Of a stretch of DNA of 64,000 nt, positions 51,640 to 61,421 are shown one piece after another. The notes beneath the pieces were generated by a model. It was not told the origin of the DNA, did not search any database, and was given only the letters and a program-made list of their open reading frames with translations. Location: positions 1,184,001 to 1,248,000 of the forward strand of contig OZ244922.1 of the NCBI GenBank assembly GCA_965221905.1. The letters are read 5' to 3'. The translations under genes and the position numbers were made by a program. Each line of letters opens with the position of its first letter. The first letter of the stretch is position 1. Source of the stretch: Chloroflexota bacterium. GTDB taxonomy: Bacteria > Chloroflexota > UBA11872 > VXOZ01.

Positions 51640-52998
51640 ATGCGCGAGCGCATAGAAGACGCGTTGAGAAAACACAGTGCGGACTTCGTGGAGATCCGCA
51701 TTGAAGAGACACAGTCTACCAGTATTACCTACCGGGGCCAGGACTTGGAAGAGGTGGGCACGACCACGCAGCTTGGCGGCTGTGTGCGCGCGGTAGTAAA
51801 CGGCGGATGGGGTTTCGTCTCATTCAATCGAATCGCCGATTTGCGCGAGAAGGTGGATCAGGCCGTCAGTCAAGCACGCCTGGTAGGCAGCGAGAAGACC
51901 GCAATGGTGGACGTGCCGCCGGTTCAAGACGTAGTGAGCGTCTCCATGCAACGCGACCCGCGCGATGTACCCCTGGCGGAGAAGAAACACCTCATGGACT
52001 CCTATGTTGAGGAGATTTGGCGAACGCCGAAGATCCAGACATCCACGGTGGGCTACGGCGACGGCTTCCGCAAGCAATACTACGGCAACTCGACGGGAAC
52101 CTATATCGAGCAGGAGCGGGGGCGAGTGACCGCCCATTTCGGCGTCGTGGCGCGCGACAATGGAAACGTGCAACAAGCGCGGGCGGGCTTTGCAAGCAGC
52201 GACGACTACAGCGTAGTTGAAGATAACCATGAGGCAGTGCGCGAGGCCGCCGCGAAGGCCGTTGGCATGCTTGACGCGCAACCGCCGAAGGGCGGCGAAT
52301 TCATGGTAATACTGGATTCCACGCTAGCGGGGGTCTTTGCGCACGAAGCATTCGGGCACTTGTCTGAAGCCGACCACGTGTATGAGAACGATAAGCTCAA
52401 AGAAATCATGGTCTTGGGCCGTACCTTTGGCGACAAGCACCTTAACATCATCGATAGCGGCCAGGTGCCCGGTCTTACCGGCTCTTTTGCTTACGATGAC
52501 GAGGGCGTGCCCACGGGCAAGCAGTACTTGATACGGGAAGGCGAGCTCGTGGGGCGGCTGCACTCGCGGGAAACGGCGGGCAAGATGAATGAAGCGCCCA
52601 CCGGCAACGCGCGCGCCCAGAGCTACCGCGTGCCGCCGCTGGTGCGCATGCGCAATACCGCCATCGAGCCGGGCGAGACCCCGTTTGAAGAGATGCTGGC
52701 AGAGGTGAAGGATGGCGTCTATTGCAAGAATTGGTACGGCGGCCAGACAAGCATGGAAATGTTCACGTTTTCCTGTATGGAAGCCTATGCCATTCGCGAC
52801 GGCAAGCTGGCCGAGCCGCTGCGCGGCGTGAACCTATCGGGTAATGTCTTTACTACCTTGGAAAATATCATTGCCGTCGGCAACGACTTTGCTTGGGACC
52901 CGGCAGGCGGTACTTGCGGCAAAGGGGGACAATCGGCGCCGGTTGGCGACGGCAGCCCCCACGTACTGATTAGCAAGTGCTTGGTGGGAGGTCAGTAG
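51640..52998 (+). CDS. tldD: TldD metalloprotease
   Basis: HEAFGHLSEAD, DDEG, RMRNT and CGKGGQ motifs. Confidence 0.92.
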   Translation: MRERIEDALRKHSADFVEIRIEETQSTSITYRGQDLEEVGTTTQLGGCVRAVVNGGWGFVSFNRIADLREKVDQAVSQARLVGSEKTAMVDVPPVQDVVSVSMQRDPRDVPLAEKKHLMDSYVEEIWRTPKIQTSTVGYGDGFRKQYYGNSTGTYIEQERGRVTAHFGVVARDNGNVQQARAGFASSDDYSVVEDNHEAVREAAAKAVGMLDAQPPKGGEFMVILDSTLAGVFAHEAFGHLSEADHVYENDKLKEIMVLGRTFGDKHLNIIDSGQVPGLTGSFAYDDEGVPTGKQYLIREGELVGRLHSRETAGKMNEAPTGNARAQSYRVPPLVRMRNTAIEPGETPFEEMLAEVKDGVYCKNWYGGQTSMEMFTFSCMEAYAIRDGKLAEPLRGVNLSGNVFTTLENIIAVGNDFAWDPAGGTCGKGGQSAPVGDGSPHVLISKCLVGGQ

Positions 52999-53002
52999 TA
53001 GC

Positions 53003-54325
53003 ATGTTTGAAGAACTACTGGAAAAGGCCAAGAAGACCGCCGAGGTGGCGGAGGTGCTCTACCATGAGTCGACCGAACTCCCTATCTCATTTGAAGCCAA
53101 TCGCATGAAGTCCATTAACGCTCGCGAGTCGAGCGGCATGGCGTTGCGCATAATCAAGAATGGGCGCATAGGACTTGGTTATTCGACCAAGTTGAGCGAG
53201 CCGGGCGATCTGGATGCGCTGGTGGAGAGCGCAGTTGAGTCCGCGCAATTCGGCGCCCACGCGCAATTCACGCTTCCCAGTACCTACACTACGAACGGTG
53301 TCGCAATCTACGATCCGGCAGTGGAGGCGCTTGCGCTGGAGGACCTCGTGGCGCTCGGCACCGAGGCGCTCGAGCTGTTGCGCAGCCACGACGACGAGTT
53401 CTTGTGCGAGGTGGGCGCGACGAAACGCATCTCGCGTGTCCGGTTGCTGAATTCCCATGGTGGCGGCACCGACTACCAAAAGTCGGTGGTGTCTTTGGGG
53501 GCAAGTATCAATTTGACACGGGGTGAAGACATTCTGGACGTCTGGCACTATGCCCTCTCATGCAAGGCCGGGGTTGACCCCCAGGCTGTGGCGCAGCGCA
53601 TTATTCAGCGGGTCGAGGCCGCACGTAACCACGCGGCCGTGACTACCAAGCACATGCCGGTGCTCTTCACACCGCAAGGACTCGGTAATACGCTCATGCA
53701 GCCGCTGAGGCAGGCGTTCAGTGGAAAAACCGTGCTACAGGGCGCGTCACCCTTGAGCGAGCGTTTGGGAGAGCAGGTGTTCGACGAGAAGCTAAGTGTC
53801 TATGACGACGGCACGATCGATCACGCCGTTGGCTCCTCGCCAACCGACGACGAAGGCATTCCGTTGCGGCGTACTCCGCTCGTTGAAAACGGCTACGTAC
53901 GCACCTTCATCTACGACTTGCAGACCGCCGGGCTAGCCGGCGCTGAGCCGACCGGCAATGGCGAACGTTCGCCAAATTCGTTGCCGGCCCCCGGCTATCA
54001 CAACGTGGTGGTCGAGCCCGGTGACGGTGGGAGTCTTGAGGACCTTATTGGTGGAGTCGACGAGGGCATTCTCGTTGAATACACTATGGGCGCTTCGATG
54101 GGGAATCTCTTTTCGGGTGACTTCTCCGGCAACGTGCACTTGGGCTATAAGATCGAGAAAGGCAAGCTGGCGGGCCGCGTGAAGGATACGATGGTGGCAG
54201 GCAACTCCTTCGAGGCGCTCAAGAACATCGCTGCTATTGGCAGCGAACCGGAGTGGGTCGGCGGCAGCTTCTACGCGCCTCCGATCCTGGTGGCGGACTT
54301 GAGCGTAAGCACCCGTGAGGGTTGA
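53003..54325 (+). CDS. pmbA: PmbA/TldE protein
   Basis: DDEG, TGN and SGDFS motifs; no HExxH; follows tldD. Confidence 0.88.
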   Translation: MFEELLEKAKKTAEVAEVLYHESTELPISFEANRMKSINARESSGMALRIIKNGRIGLGYSTKLSEPGDLDALVESAVESAQFGAHAQFTLPSTYTTNGVAIYDPAVEALALEDLVALGTEALELLRSHDDEFLCEVGATKRISRVRLLNSHGGGTDYQKSVVSLGASINLTRGEDILDVWHYALSCKAGVDPQAVAQRIIQRVEAARNHAAVTTKHMPVLFTPQGLGNTLMQPLRQAFSGKTVLQGASPLSERLGEQVFDEKLSVYDDGTIDHAVGSSPTDDEGIPLRRTPLVENGYVRTFIYDLQTAGLAGAEPTGNGERSPNSLPAPGYHNVVVEPGDGGSLEDLIGGVDEGILVEYTMGASMGNLFSGDFSGNVHLGYKIEKGKLAGRVKDTMVAGNSFEALKNIAAIGSEPEWVGGSFYAPPILVADLSVSTREG

Positions 54326-54419
54326 GCGCTCGACCGCAGTTAACACAGTGTCTCCCTTGCTCTCTTGCCTTCTTGGGATTGCGCCGTAGCATGGGGGGCT
54401 TGTCCCCCACTTCTTGGAG

Positions 54420-54482
54420 CGAAAGGACACAGTCGCTGAGTTTCTGCGCTATTACTTGACCGACACAGGGATCGAGCCATGA
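54420..54482 (+). pseudogene. Probable 3' remnant of hicA
   Basis: RKDTVAEFLRYYLTDTGIEP* overlapping the hicB ATG; GTAG REP immediately upstream. Confidence 0.45.
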
Positions 54483-54805
54483 TGAAGTACAAAGGATACA
54501 GCGCGGCTGTTTGCTTCGATTACGAGGCGGGTGTCTTTCAAGGTGAGGTGGTGGACACGCGCGACGCGATCGTCTTTGAAGGCGACTCCGTGGCGCAACT
54601 TGAAAGAGAGTTCCGGTTCTCCATAGACGACTACTTGGCTGCGTTTGCTGAGCGAGGCCGGACACCGGATCGACCGTTCTCAGGGCGGGTTCCGCTGCGT
54701 TTAGCGCCAGAGATTCATCGCGCAGCTACGACCGCAGCGCGGGCAGAAGGCAAGAGTCTCAATGCTTGGCTGGCCGAAACTATTGAAAGGGCGGCATCGG
54801 GCTAA
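54479..54805 (+). CDS. hicB: HicB family antitoxin
   Basis: MKYKGY, SIDDYL, FSGRVPLRL and SLNAW motifs. Confidence 0.9.
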   Translation: MMKYKGYSAAVCFDYEAGVFQGEVVDTRDAIVFEGDSVAQLEREFRFSIDDYLAAFAERGRTPDRPFSGRVPLRLAPEIHRAATTAARAEGKSLNAWLAETIERAASG

Positions 54806-54871
54806 TAATTTTTGTCTGCCTACATGAAGCGATGTAGGCGGTTTCACGGATCTATGCAGGAGACGCATCCG

Positions 54872-55717
54872 ATGGCGGCAGATAGCACAGGGGACGAACG
54901 GCGCAGCGAGTTTCTCGACGAGCTCTTCGGTCTCAGCGGCGAAGTGGCGGTCGTAGGCGGCGGCACGGGTATTTTGGGCGGTGTGATCGCAGAGTACCTC
55001 GGCGCTTCCGGCGCAAAGGTCGCGGTGCTGGGTCGCAATCAGGAACAGGGCCAGCGCCGCGTGGAGACGATAACTGCCTCCGGTGGCGAGGCAATCTTTG
55101 TGTCCTACGTCGCTACCGATGCCGATTCGGTTGCGCAAGCGCATGCGCAGGTGCGGGAGGCGTTTGGCGCGGTTACGGTGGCAGTGAATGCGGTTGGCGG
55201 CAACCACCCATCGGCGGTCGTCAGCGCAGACCAGGCGTTTGAGGAGCTTGGCTTGGAAGCCGTGCGCGACAATCTCGATCTCAATCTGACGTCGGCGTGG
55301 CTCGCCTGCCAGGAATTCGGGCCGGCGATGCTCGCGAACGGACGCGGCAGTGTCATAAATATCGGCTCGATGGCGGGAGGAGAACGTCCGCTCTCGCGCG
55401 TACCGGTCTACGCCATTGCCAAGTCCGGGGTGGCAACCCTCACGAACTTCCTGGCGCGAGAGTGGCAGGGAATTGTGCGGGTTAACATGATCGTTCCCGG
55501 TTTCTTCGAGACGACGCAGAATCGTTCTTTGCTCCGCAACTCGGACGGCAGCCTCAGCGAACGGGGCGAACAGATTGTCGCGCACACGCCTATGGGCCGT
55601 TTTGGCGAACCCTCTGAGCTTGGCGGCGCGGCGGTCTATCTTGCTTCCAACGCCAGCGCCTTTACCACGGGCTTGGCATTCGTGATTGACGGCGGTTTCT
55701 CGGTGCAGTCGATCTGA
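54872..55717 (+). CDS. SDR oxidoreductase (UxuB/D-mannonate oxidoreductase-like)
   Basis: GGTGILG, GGNHP, PLSRVPVYAIAK, PGFF and HTPMGRFG motifs. Confidence 0.85.
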   Translation: MAADSTGDERRSEFLDELFGLSGEVAVVGGGTGILGGVIAEYLGASGAKVAVLGRNQEQGQRRVETITASGGEAIFVSYVATDADSVAQAHAQVREAFGAVTVAVNAVGGNHPSAVVSADQAFEELGLEAVRDNLDLNLTSAWLACQEFGPAMLANGRGSVINIGSMAGGERPLSRVPVYAIAKSGVATLTNFLAREWQGIVRVNMIVPGFFETTQNRSLLRNSDGSLSERGEQIVAHTPMGRFGEPSELGGAAVYLASNASAFTTGLAFVIDGGFSVQSI

Positions 55718-55864
55718 GGCACTGCGCCGCCCGGATGAAACGTGCACTAGGATGGCGCCGTTCGGGTAGGGTGGAGACGAATCTGGGAGAGGCATGTGCC
55801 ATTAGACGGATGTATTTGGGCGCAATGGAGGCTGCGGAATCTATCTGGCACAGCGGACTGCGCA

Positions 55865-55894
55865 TTGACGACAGTTTTCCCGCTTGCCTATAAT
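55865..55894 (+). promoter_or_regulatory. Sigma70 promoter of tRNA-Leu
   Basis: TTGACG-N18-TATAAT. Confidence 0.75.
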
Positions 55895-55915
55895 CAAGGT
55901 GAAGAAGCAATACAT

Positions 55916-56000
55916 GCCGAAGTGGCGGAATTGGAAGACGCGCTAGCTTGAGGGGCTAGTGGGCTTTACGCTCGTAAGGGTTCGAATCCCTTCTTCGGTA
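55916..56000 (+). tRNA. tRNA-Leu(GAG)
   Basis: Acceptor GCCGAAG/CTTCGGT, anticodon arm CTAGC-TTGAGGG-GCTAG, long variable arm, GGTTCGAATCC; CCA not fully encoded. Confidence 0.95.
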
Positions 56001-56082
56001 CCTTTTCGTGAACGTTTGGAGAACCTCCGTCGCGCAGGTCACAGACGGATGCCTGGCGAACCCCGTAGACTAGCCCGCCGGT

Positions 56083-56793
56083 TCAGAGCGCTGTGAAGAG
56101 CAAGCGGCCGCAACTGTCGCAATAGACAGCTTCCTGATTTTGTTGCGCGCGGCGCAGTTGGGTGTCTGGGAGCGCAATGTGACAGAGGGTACAGCGGCCC
56201 TGGGAAACGGGCACGAGTACTTGGCCGCCTAGGCGTGCCCGCAGCGATTCGTACGGCGTGACCAGAACTCGGTCGTTCTGAGCCGCGAGTGCGGCACGTT
56301 CCTCTTCCCGCAGTGGGATTTCCACCGCTAGCTCTTGCAGCCGCGCGCCGTGTACTTTCTGCATCGCGGCAAACGTCGTTTCGAGGGAATCGAGACGGTC
56401 TTGCTGCTCGTCCCGCGCTGCTTCCGTTTCTTCAGCCGCTACCATGGCTTGAAGCGCGCGCTCTTCACGTACGGCGCGTTGCTGCATGAGCTGCGCAATG
56501 TCCGCCTGCAGTGCCTCAAGCTCCCGTGAGTTCACGACGCTTCCGCTATAGAGATGCTTCGACTTCCGTTCTACTTCGGCGGTAATGGTGGCTAACGCAA
56601 GTTCGGCATCGCGGAGGGTGGCGCTTGCTTGCTCATGCGCTTTCGTCAGCACGGCTTGCGTGCGGCGCGCCTCTTCAATCTCACCGTGATCGGCGAGAGC
56701 GGCTTCAAGTTGCACGACCTCGGCGCGGAGAGCGTCCAACTGCAGGTCGATTACCTGCAATTCCTGTAATCGCCCAAATGCAAGGGTAGGCAT
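56083..56793 (-). CDS. Coiled-coil plus C4 zinc-ribbon protein (DUF164-like)
   Basis: LQELQVID start, long coiled coil, CTLC...CDSCGRLL. Confidence 0.88.
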   Translation of the reverse strand: MPTLAFGRLQELQVIDLQLDALRAEVVQLEAALADHGEIEEARRTQAVLTKAHEQASATLRDAELALATITAEVERKSKHLYSGSVVNSRELEALQADIAQLMQQRAVREERALQAMVAAEETEAARDEQQDRLDSLETTFAAMQKVHGARLQELAVEIPLREEERAALAAQNDRVLVTPYESLRARLGGQVLVPVSQGRCTLCHIALPDTQLRRAQQNQEAVYCDSCGRLLFTAL

Positions 56794-57223
56794 CACGAGG
56801 GACCTCTGCAGAAAACTCAGCTTTCCTGCCATTATACAATTCTCAACCCCGATGGAATATGCTATGCTCTCATGCAGTAGAGGCGGCTTGGCTGTTCCGT
56901 TGCTGTCCTTATGGTGTGCTGAGTTCTGCGGAACCCTCCCTCGTGAAGGAAACTGGACGGGACGGCAGTGTGGAAGCACGCAGGTAAGTGCGCCCGGCGG
57001 TGCTTAAGTGGAAAAGGCAAGAAAGAAGCCAGTGGCACAATTGGCGTTTCGTCGGTTGTGCGTGGATGAAGTCTCCTGCTCGCTATGGGCGTAGCTGGGC
57101 GACTTGTGATTATCTCATTGTTGACATACTATTGGTATACGAAGCTCAGCGCGTTGAGACACTAGTGTGTAGGAAATTGCACATTGTGTTCGCAGCGCTG
57201 CACTTGAGAAAACAGGAGGGACC

Positions 57224-58150
57224 ATGAGGCGGCTGAAGATTCCATTCATTTACCGGGTTGCGATCCTAAGTTTTCTTCTGCTCATCGCAGGGGCGGCCTG
57301 TGGAATTGATGAAGTTCTTGAAGTAGATGAAACGCCCATTTCTGCCAACCCAAGCCTGGTGGCCACGGCGCAGGCCCGCGCGATTACCGAGGCGGAAGAG
57401 AGCCGGCGCGACCTACCACTGCGCATGGAAGTAGCTGAGGAAGCGGGCAATGCCGAGATCGGCGTGGCGCTAAACTCTCACAAAGGCTCGGTCTTCGTGA
57501 ACGGTCGCCGCATGCCGCAGCCCTCGACTTTTGGGGGCAATATCTTTGTGGTGTGGGTAGGCACGGAAAGAGGTGGGACCATTGAGTATGAGAATGGCGG
57601 AGCGCTCATTGCCGATGTTTCGCGTATCGCTACTCTGTGGACCTACACCACCTTCGACACGGTCAAAGCATTGTATGTGACTGCTGAAGAGCATGCCTTG
57701 GTGGAGAATCCATCGGTTGCTATAGAGGATGCGCCTCTCTGGCTCATCTTGTCGCGATCGATTCTCATGCGGCCTGGCAGGATCTTTCAATTGCAGCCAA
57801 CGGAACTTGGTGGTGACGTAAATACAGTCGTGCGCATAGGAGTTAATGGGGGCGTCTCAATTACATTTGCCGGGCTCAAGCAGCCGCGCGAGTATGGTGA
57901 CAAATTCCTATTGTTTTGGGTCCTGGATACGCTGAGCGATGAACCGATAACTTACAATGGCTCCTGGCTCACAGTGACGCCGAATGGCGATTCCCAGATA
58001 GTAATGCCATCCCCGCCCGAAACTAAGGGCATGCGGCAATATAATCGCTTGCTCATTACCGCCGAAAACCTCACGGACGTGAGGTCACCCAATAGTCGGC
58101 TTGTCATATTCACACTGGACAGCGAAATTCCGTTCTGGGAGACCGTCTAG
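57224..58150 (+). CDS. Lipoprotein with two repeated beta domains (RskA C-terminal-like)
   Basis: GAAC lipobox; QP...VW...YVTAE repeated as QP...FW...LITAE. Confidence 0.6.
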   Translation: MRRLKIPFIYRVAILSFLLLIAGAACGIDEVLEVDETPISANPSLVATAQARAITEAEESRRDLPLRMEVAEEAGNAEIGVALNSHKGSVFVNGRRMPQPSTFGGNIFVVWVGTERGGTIEYENGGALIADVSRIATLWTYTTFDTVKALYVTAEEHALVENPSVAIEDAPLWLILSRSILMRPGRIFQLQPTELGGDVNTVVRIGVNGGVSITFAGLKQPREYGDKFLLFWVLDTLSDEPITYNGSWLTVTPNGDSQIVMPSPPETKGMRQYNRLLITAENLTDVRSPNSRLVIFTLDSEIPFWETV

Positions 58151-58306
58151 GCAGTTCGCTACCACGGCAGTGCATCGGGCGTATGCGATTGAATTTGCGG
58201 GCCCCTCGGTCTGTTAGTGGTGCAACTGGGGTCGGCAACTAAGAGGAATCACGCGTGTTCTGCGGCTAGGTAGCGGCAGAGAGTTTAGGTGCATCGAGGA
58301 AAACCT

Positions 58307-59569
58307 ATGGCATCGCTTCCCCGTATGGTTCACGTACGTCAGCGGTTCGCTACGGAACAGATTGAGAACCTCCAAGCTGCAATTCACGCCGAGCTAACGC
58401 GCGTGGGTTTGGGGAAGGTTGTGCGTCCCGGTATGGAGGTTGCCATTACAGCCGGCAGCCGGGGCATCAGCCGTATTCCGGAGATAATTCGTACGGTCGC
58501 GGATGCTGTGAAAGCGGCGGGCGCTGCGCCTTTTATCGTGCCGGCCATGGGCAGTCATGGCGGCGCCGTGGCGGAAGGGCAAGCCTCGGTATTGCGCGAC
58601 TACGGCATCACTGAGGAGTCAACCGGCGCGCCCGTACGCGCCACGATGGAGGTGGCGAACCTCGGTACGACGGCCAATGGGGCAACGGTATTCTTCGATC
58701 AGAATGCCTACAATGCAGATGCAGTCATTGTGGTGGCTCGCGTAAAGCCCCATACGAGTTTCCGCGGCCCGGTGGAGAGCGGCCTCTGCAAGATGATTGC
58801 AGTGGGTCTGGGCAAGCAGAAGGGCGCGGAGCAAATGCACGCCCACGACTTGGCTGAGACCATTCCCCAGTCCGCGGCGATTGCAATCGAAAAGTCGAAT
58901 ATCGTGCTGGGTCTTGGCGTAGTCGAGAATGGGTACGACCAACCCCACACGGTGCGAGCGGCCCAGGCCGAAGATATCTACGAGACCGATAGAGAACTGC
59001 AGACACTGTCGAAGACGCTGCTGCCCCGCGTGCCGTTTGAAGAGCTCGACCTTCTCATTGTGGACGTGATGGGGAAGAATATCTCCGGCGCGGGGATGGA
59101 CCCAAATATCATTGGGCTCAACCGCGGCATGACGATGGACCGGCATCCCAACTACAAGCGCGTGCTCGTACGCGACCTGACGCCGGAATCACACGGCAAC
59201 GCGGTGGGCATCGGCCACGCGGACTTCGTGACGAAGCGCCTGGCCGACAAGATCAACTACTACGACCTTTACATGAACGCCCTCACGGCCAACAACCCGT
59301 CCGTAGCCAAGATTCCCATCACACTGGAAACGGACCAGATTGCAATTGAGACGGCCTTCAAGTCTGCCTGTACCGACGTAGCTGCCCCCCGTGTGGTGCG
59401 CATCTACAGCACACTCCACTTGGAGTATCTCCTCTTTTCCGAGGCGCTCATACCGGCTGCGGAGGAAAATCCTGCACTGGAGATTCTCGACGTTCCTTAT
59501 GCATGGGACTTCGACGCCAGAGGCAATCTGCTGGAAGACGGACTGCTCCACCAACCGCAGAGCGCTTGA
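58307..59569 (+). CDS. LarA/DUF2088-like protein
   Basis: AITAGSRGI, PAMGSHGGA, RVKPHTSF and GKNISGAGMDPN motifs. Confidence 0.8.
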   Translation: MASLPRMVHVRQRFATEQIENLQAAIHAELTRVGLGKVVRPGMEVAITAGSRGISRIPEIIRTVADAVKAAGAAPFIVPAMGSHGGAVAEGQASVLRDYGITEESTGAPVRATMEVANLGTTANGATVFFDQNAYNADAVIVVARVKPHTSFRGPVESGLCKMIAVGLGKQKGAEQMHAHDLAETIPQSAAIAIEKSNIVLGLGVVENGYDQPHTVRAAQAEDIYETDRELQTLSKTLLPRVPFEELDLLIVDVMGKNISGAGMDPNIIGLNRGMTMDRHPNYKRVLVRDLTPESHGNAVGIGHADFVTKRLADKINYYDLYMNALTANNPSVAKIPITLETDQIAIETAFKSACTDVAAPRVVRIYSTLHLEYLLFSEALIPAAEENPALEILDVPYAWDFDARGNLLEDGLLHQPQSA

Positions 59570-59755
59570 CCTTCGTTGGCAGTCGATTTGCGATTGAGGT
59601 CTAATTCGGTTCTTCGGCAGTTGCCCATCCTAACGTTGCTAAGTCAATGGTGCCGGTCTGACTGCTCACACTCTGTGCCCAGTGCTACCTGCTATAGCAA
59701 TTCCGGTACGGAATTAGCAAGAATGTGCTCACCTGCTTCGTTGCGTTGAAGTATC

Positions 59756-59872
59756 TGTCATTCCGAGCGCAGCGAGGAATCTAGGGGCCATGCCGTGCAT
59801 AGTTTCATAGGCCTCAGCACTCTAGATTCCGCGCTCAGAGCGACACTGCGCTGCGCTCCGTTCGGAATGACA
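59756..59872. mobile_element. Non-autonomous (MITE/REPIN-like) copy of the GIY-YIG element ends
   Basis: First 31 bp identical to 16889-16919; last 19 bp identical to 17260-17278. Confidence 0.7.
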
Positions 59873-59981
59873 ACAGGGGTGCGCTCCGTTGGCCGTGCGT
59901 TATGTCTCACATGTCGCATAGCTAAAGCCTAGAAGTACAGTTTTCGTTTCGGTTTTCGGTTGAGGAATCGGTCGCCCGGCA

Positions 59982-59990
59982 TGTTATACT
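59982..59990 (+). promoter_or_regulatory. Extended -10 promoter of ssrA
   Basis: TGTTATACT, 12 nt upstream of the tmRNA 5' end. Confidence 0.55.
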
Positions 59991-60002
59991 GAAGATATAC
60001 AT

Positions 60003-60376
60003 GGGGATGAGTGGATTCGACAGGGTTGGGAGGCTTGTAACTGCGAGCCGAGGTGCTATCACCCTCGTTAAACAGGTAGCAACTTTTTTAAGTGCCAACA
60101 AGCACGATTTTGCTCTCGCAGCCTAAATAAAGCTGTGACGTCCATCTGCTCTTCCTCCGGTGAGCGCAGCGTGGGCGACCTAACAGCCGGGGTGCCGCAG
60201 TCCATGCGGATAGAATCCGCCGCCTTCGGGGATTGCGAAAGACAAATGGAGGCTAGTTTCCAGAGGTTTTCGTCCGCTCGTGATCTGGAAATGAACTTCA
60301 AAAGCTGACTACGCTCGTAGAGGTTGCAGGAAGAACAGCTTTGGACGGGGAGTTCGACCCTCCCCCATCTCCACCA
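60003..60376 (+). ncRNA. ssrA: tmRNA; tag peptide (A)ANKHDFALAA at 60094-60126
   Basis: 5' GGGGATGA..GGATTCGAC, 3' GGGGAGTTCGACCCTCCCCCATCTCCACCA, tag ORF ending ALAA*. Confidence 0.95.
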
Positions 60377-60625
60377 TAGTCACAATTCACCGTGCGACCG
60401 CGCAGGAACCTTCCGGTGCGCGGCTTTGTGCGCATGCCAGCCCAAGTCCTCCAATCTGTTTCCTGGCTTTTTCTAGGTGAGAGGGGTGGGCGCAGGGGTG
60501 CTAGTCGCGGTGAGGTGTTTTCTGTGAGGCACAGGGCGAAGTACGCCGGTTTGTATGCTATAATGCCGTTGCGGAAGCGTATGTGATAGCCTTCTGCGAT
60601 TGGAGTAGAGAAAGAGAGCGATAAA

Positions 60626-60937
60626 GTGATTACGGTTACTGACACGGCGGCGGCTGAGTTGCAACGCCTTTTGGCGGGTAACGACATGGCTGATGCCAAG
60701 CTGCGCATCTTTGTGCAGAACGAGTGCGGCTGCGGCAAGGTGAACTTCGGCATGGGCTTCGACCAGCAAGTTGAAGATAACGATCAGGTGGTTGATTCGG
60801 CCGGTGTCGGCGTGGTGATGGACCAGCAGGCGTTCGCGGCGCTGGACGGCGCTTCGGTAGAGTATGTTAACGAGGGCGCGCGCCGCGGCTTCATGATAAG
60901 TGGTGTTGAGACCGGTGGCTGAGGCGGCGGCGAATAG
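60626..60937 (+). CDS. HesB/IscA family Fe-S assembly protein; ends at 60922 unless the TGA is read as Sec
   Basis: ITVTDTAAAEL, LRIFV, CGCG and LDGASVEYV motifs; GG-TGA-GGGE-TAG tail. Confidence 0.85.
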
Positions 60938-61421
60938 AAAGCCCGTGTAGGCTTTCAACAAGGTAGGATCGGACTTAGAGGGGCATTCTGCTCTTCCTGG
61001 CTGGACAGGGAAGTGGAGCGCTCCTCTTGTTTTGCTTTTAGATTGAGTGTTGGTAGTACGCGGGCGGTTGCGCGCCGGTTTGCACTGCACGCGCGAGGGG
61101 ATTTGCTGCTTTGTATACTCCTACGGGGATAACGAGATACTATGCGTGATCCCGCTTTCCCAACCCCTGCAGGGCTGACTTTCCACGTGCGCGCTTAGAG
61201 TGAGATGGTGTCTGCCAGGCAGTTCACCTTCACCCCGGCCCTTTCTCATCGAGGGAGAGGGGGTACGAGCGTACGCTTGGGAAACTTGCAAAGCAAGCGT
61301 ATCCCTTCGAGGGAGGGAAAGAGAGCACTCACGCCGGCCTTGGCTTTCGCGAGTCAGTTGAGATGCTCGCTGTAAGGTACGGAGCGGTTTTAGGACCCAT
61401 GAAACGAGCCACTACTTGCCC

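Noticed and set aside
56900-57040. Cobalamin riboswitch-like words
   Set aside because: The GGGAA/CCCGC/ACTGT core is absent.
55916-60420. Integrated element at tRNA-Leu or tmRNA
   Set aside because: No integrase and no duplicated 3' end were seen; the flanking genes are ordinary.
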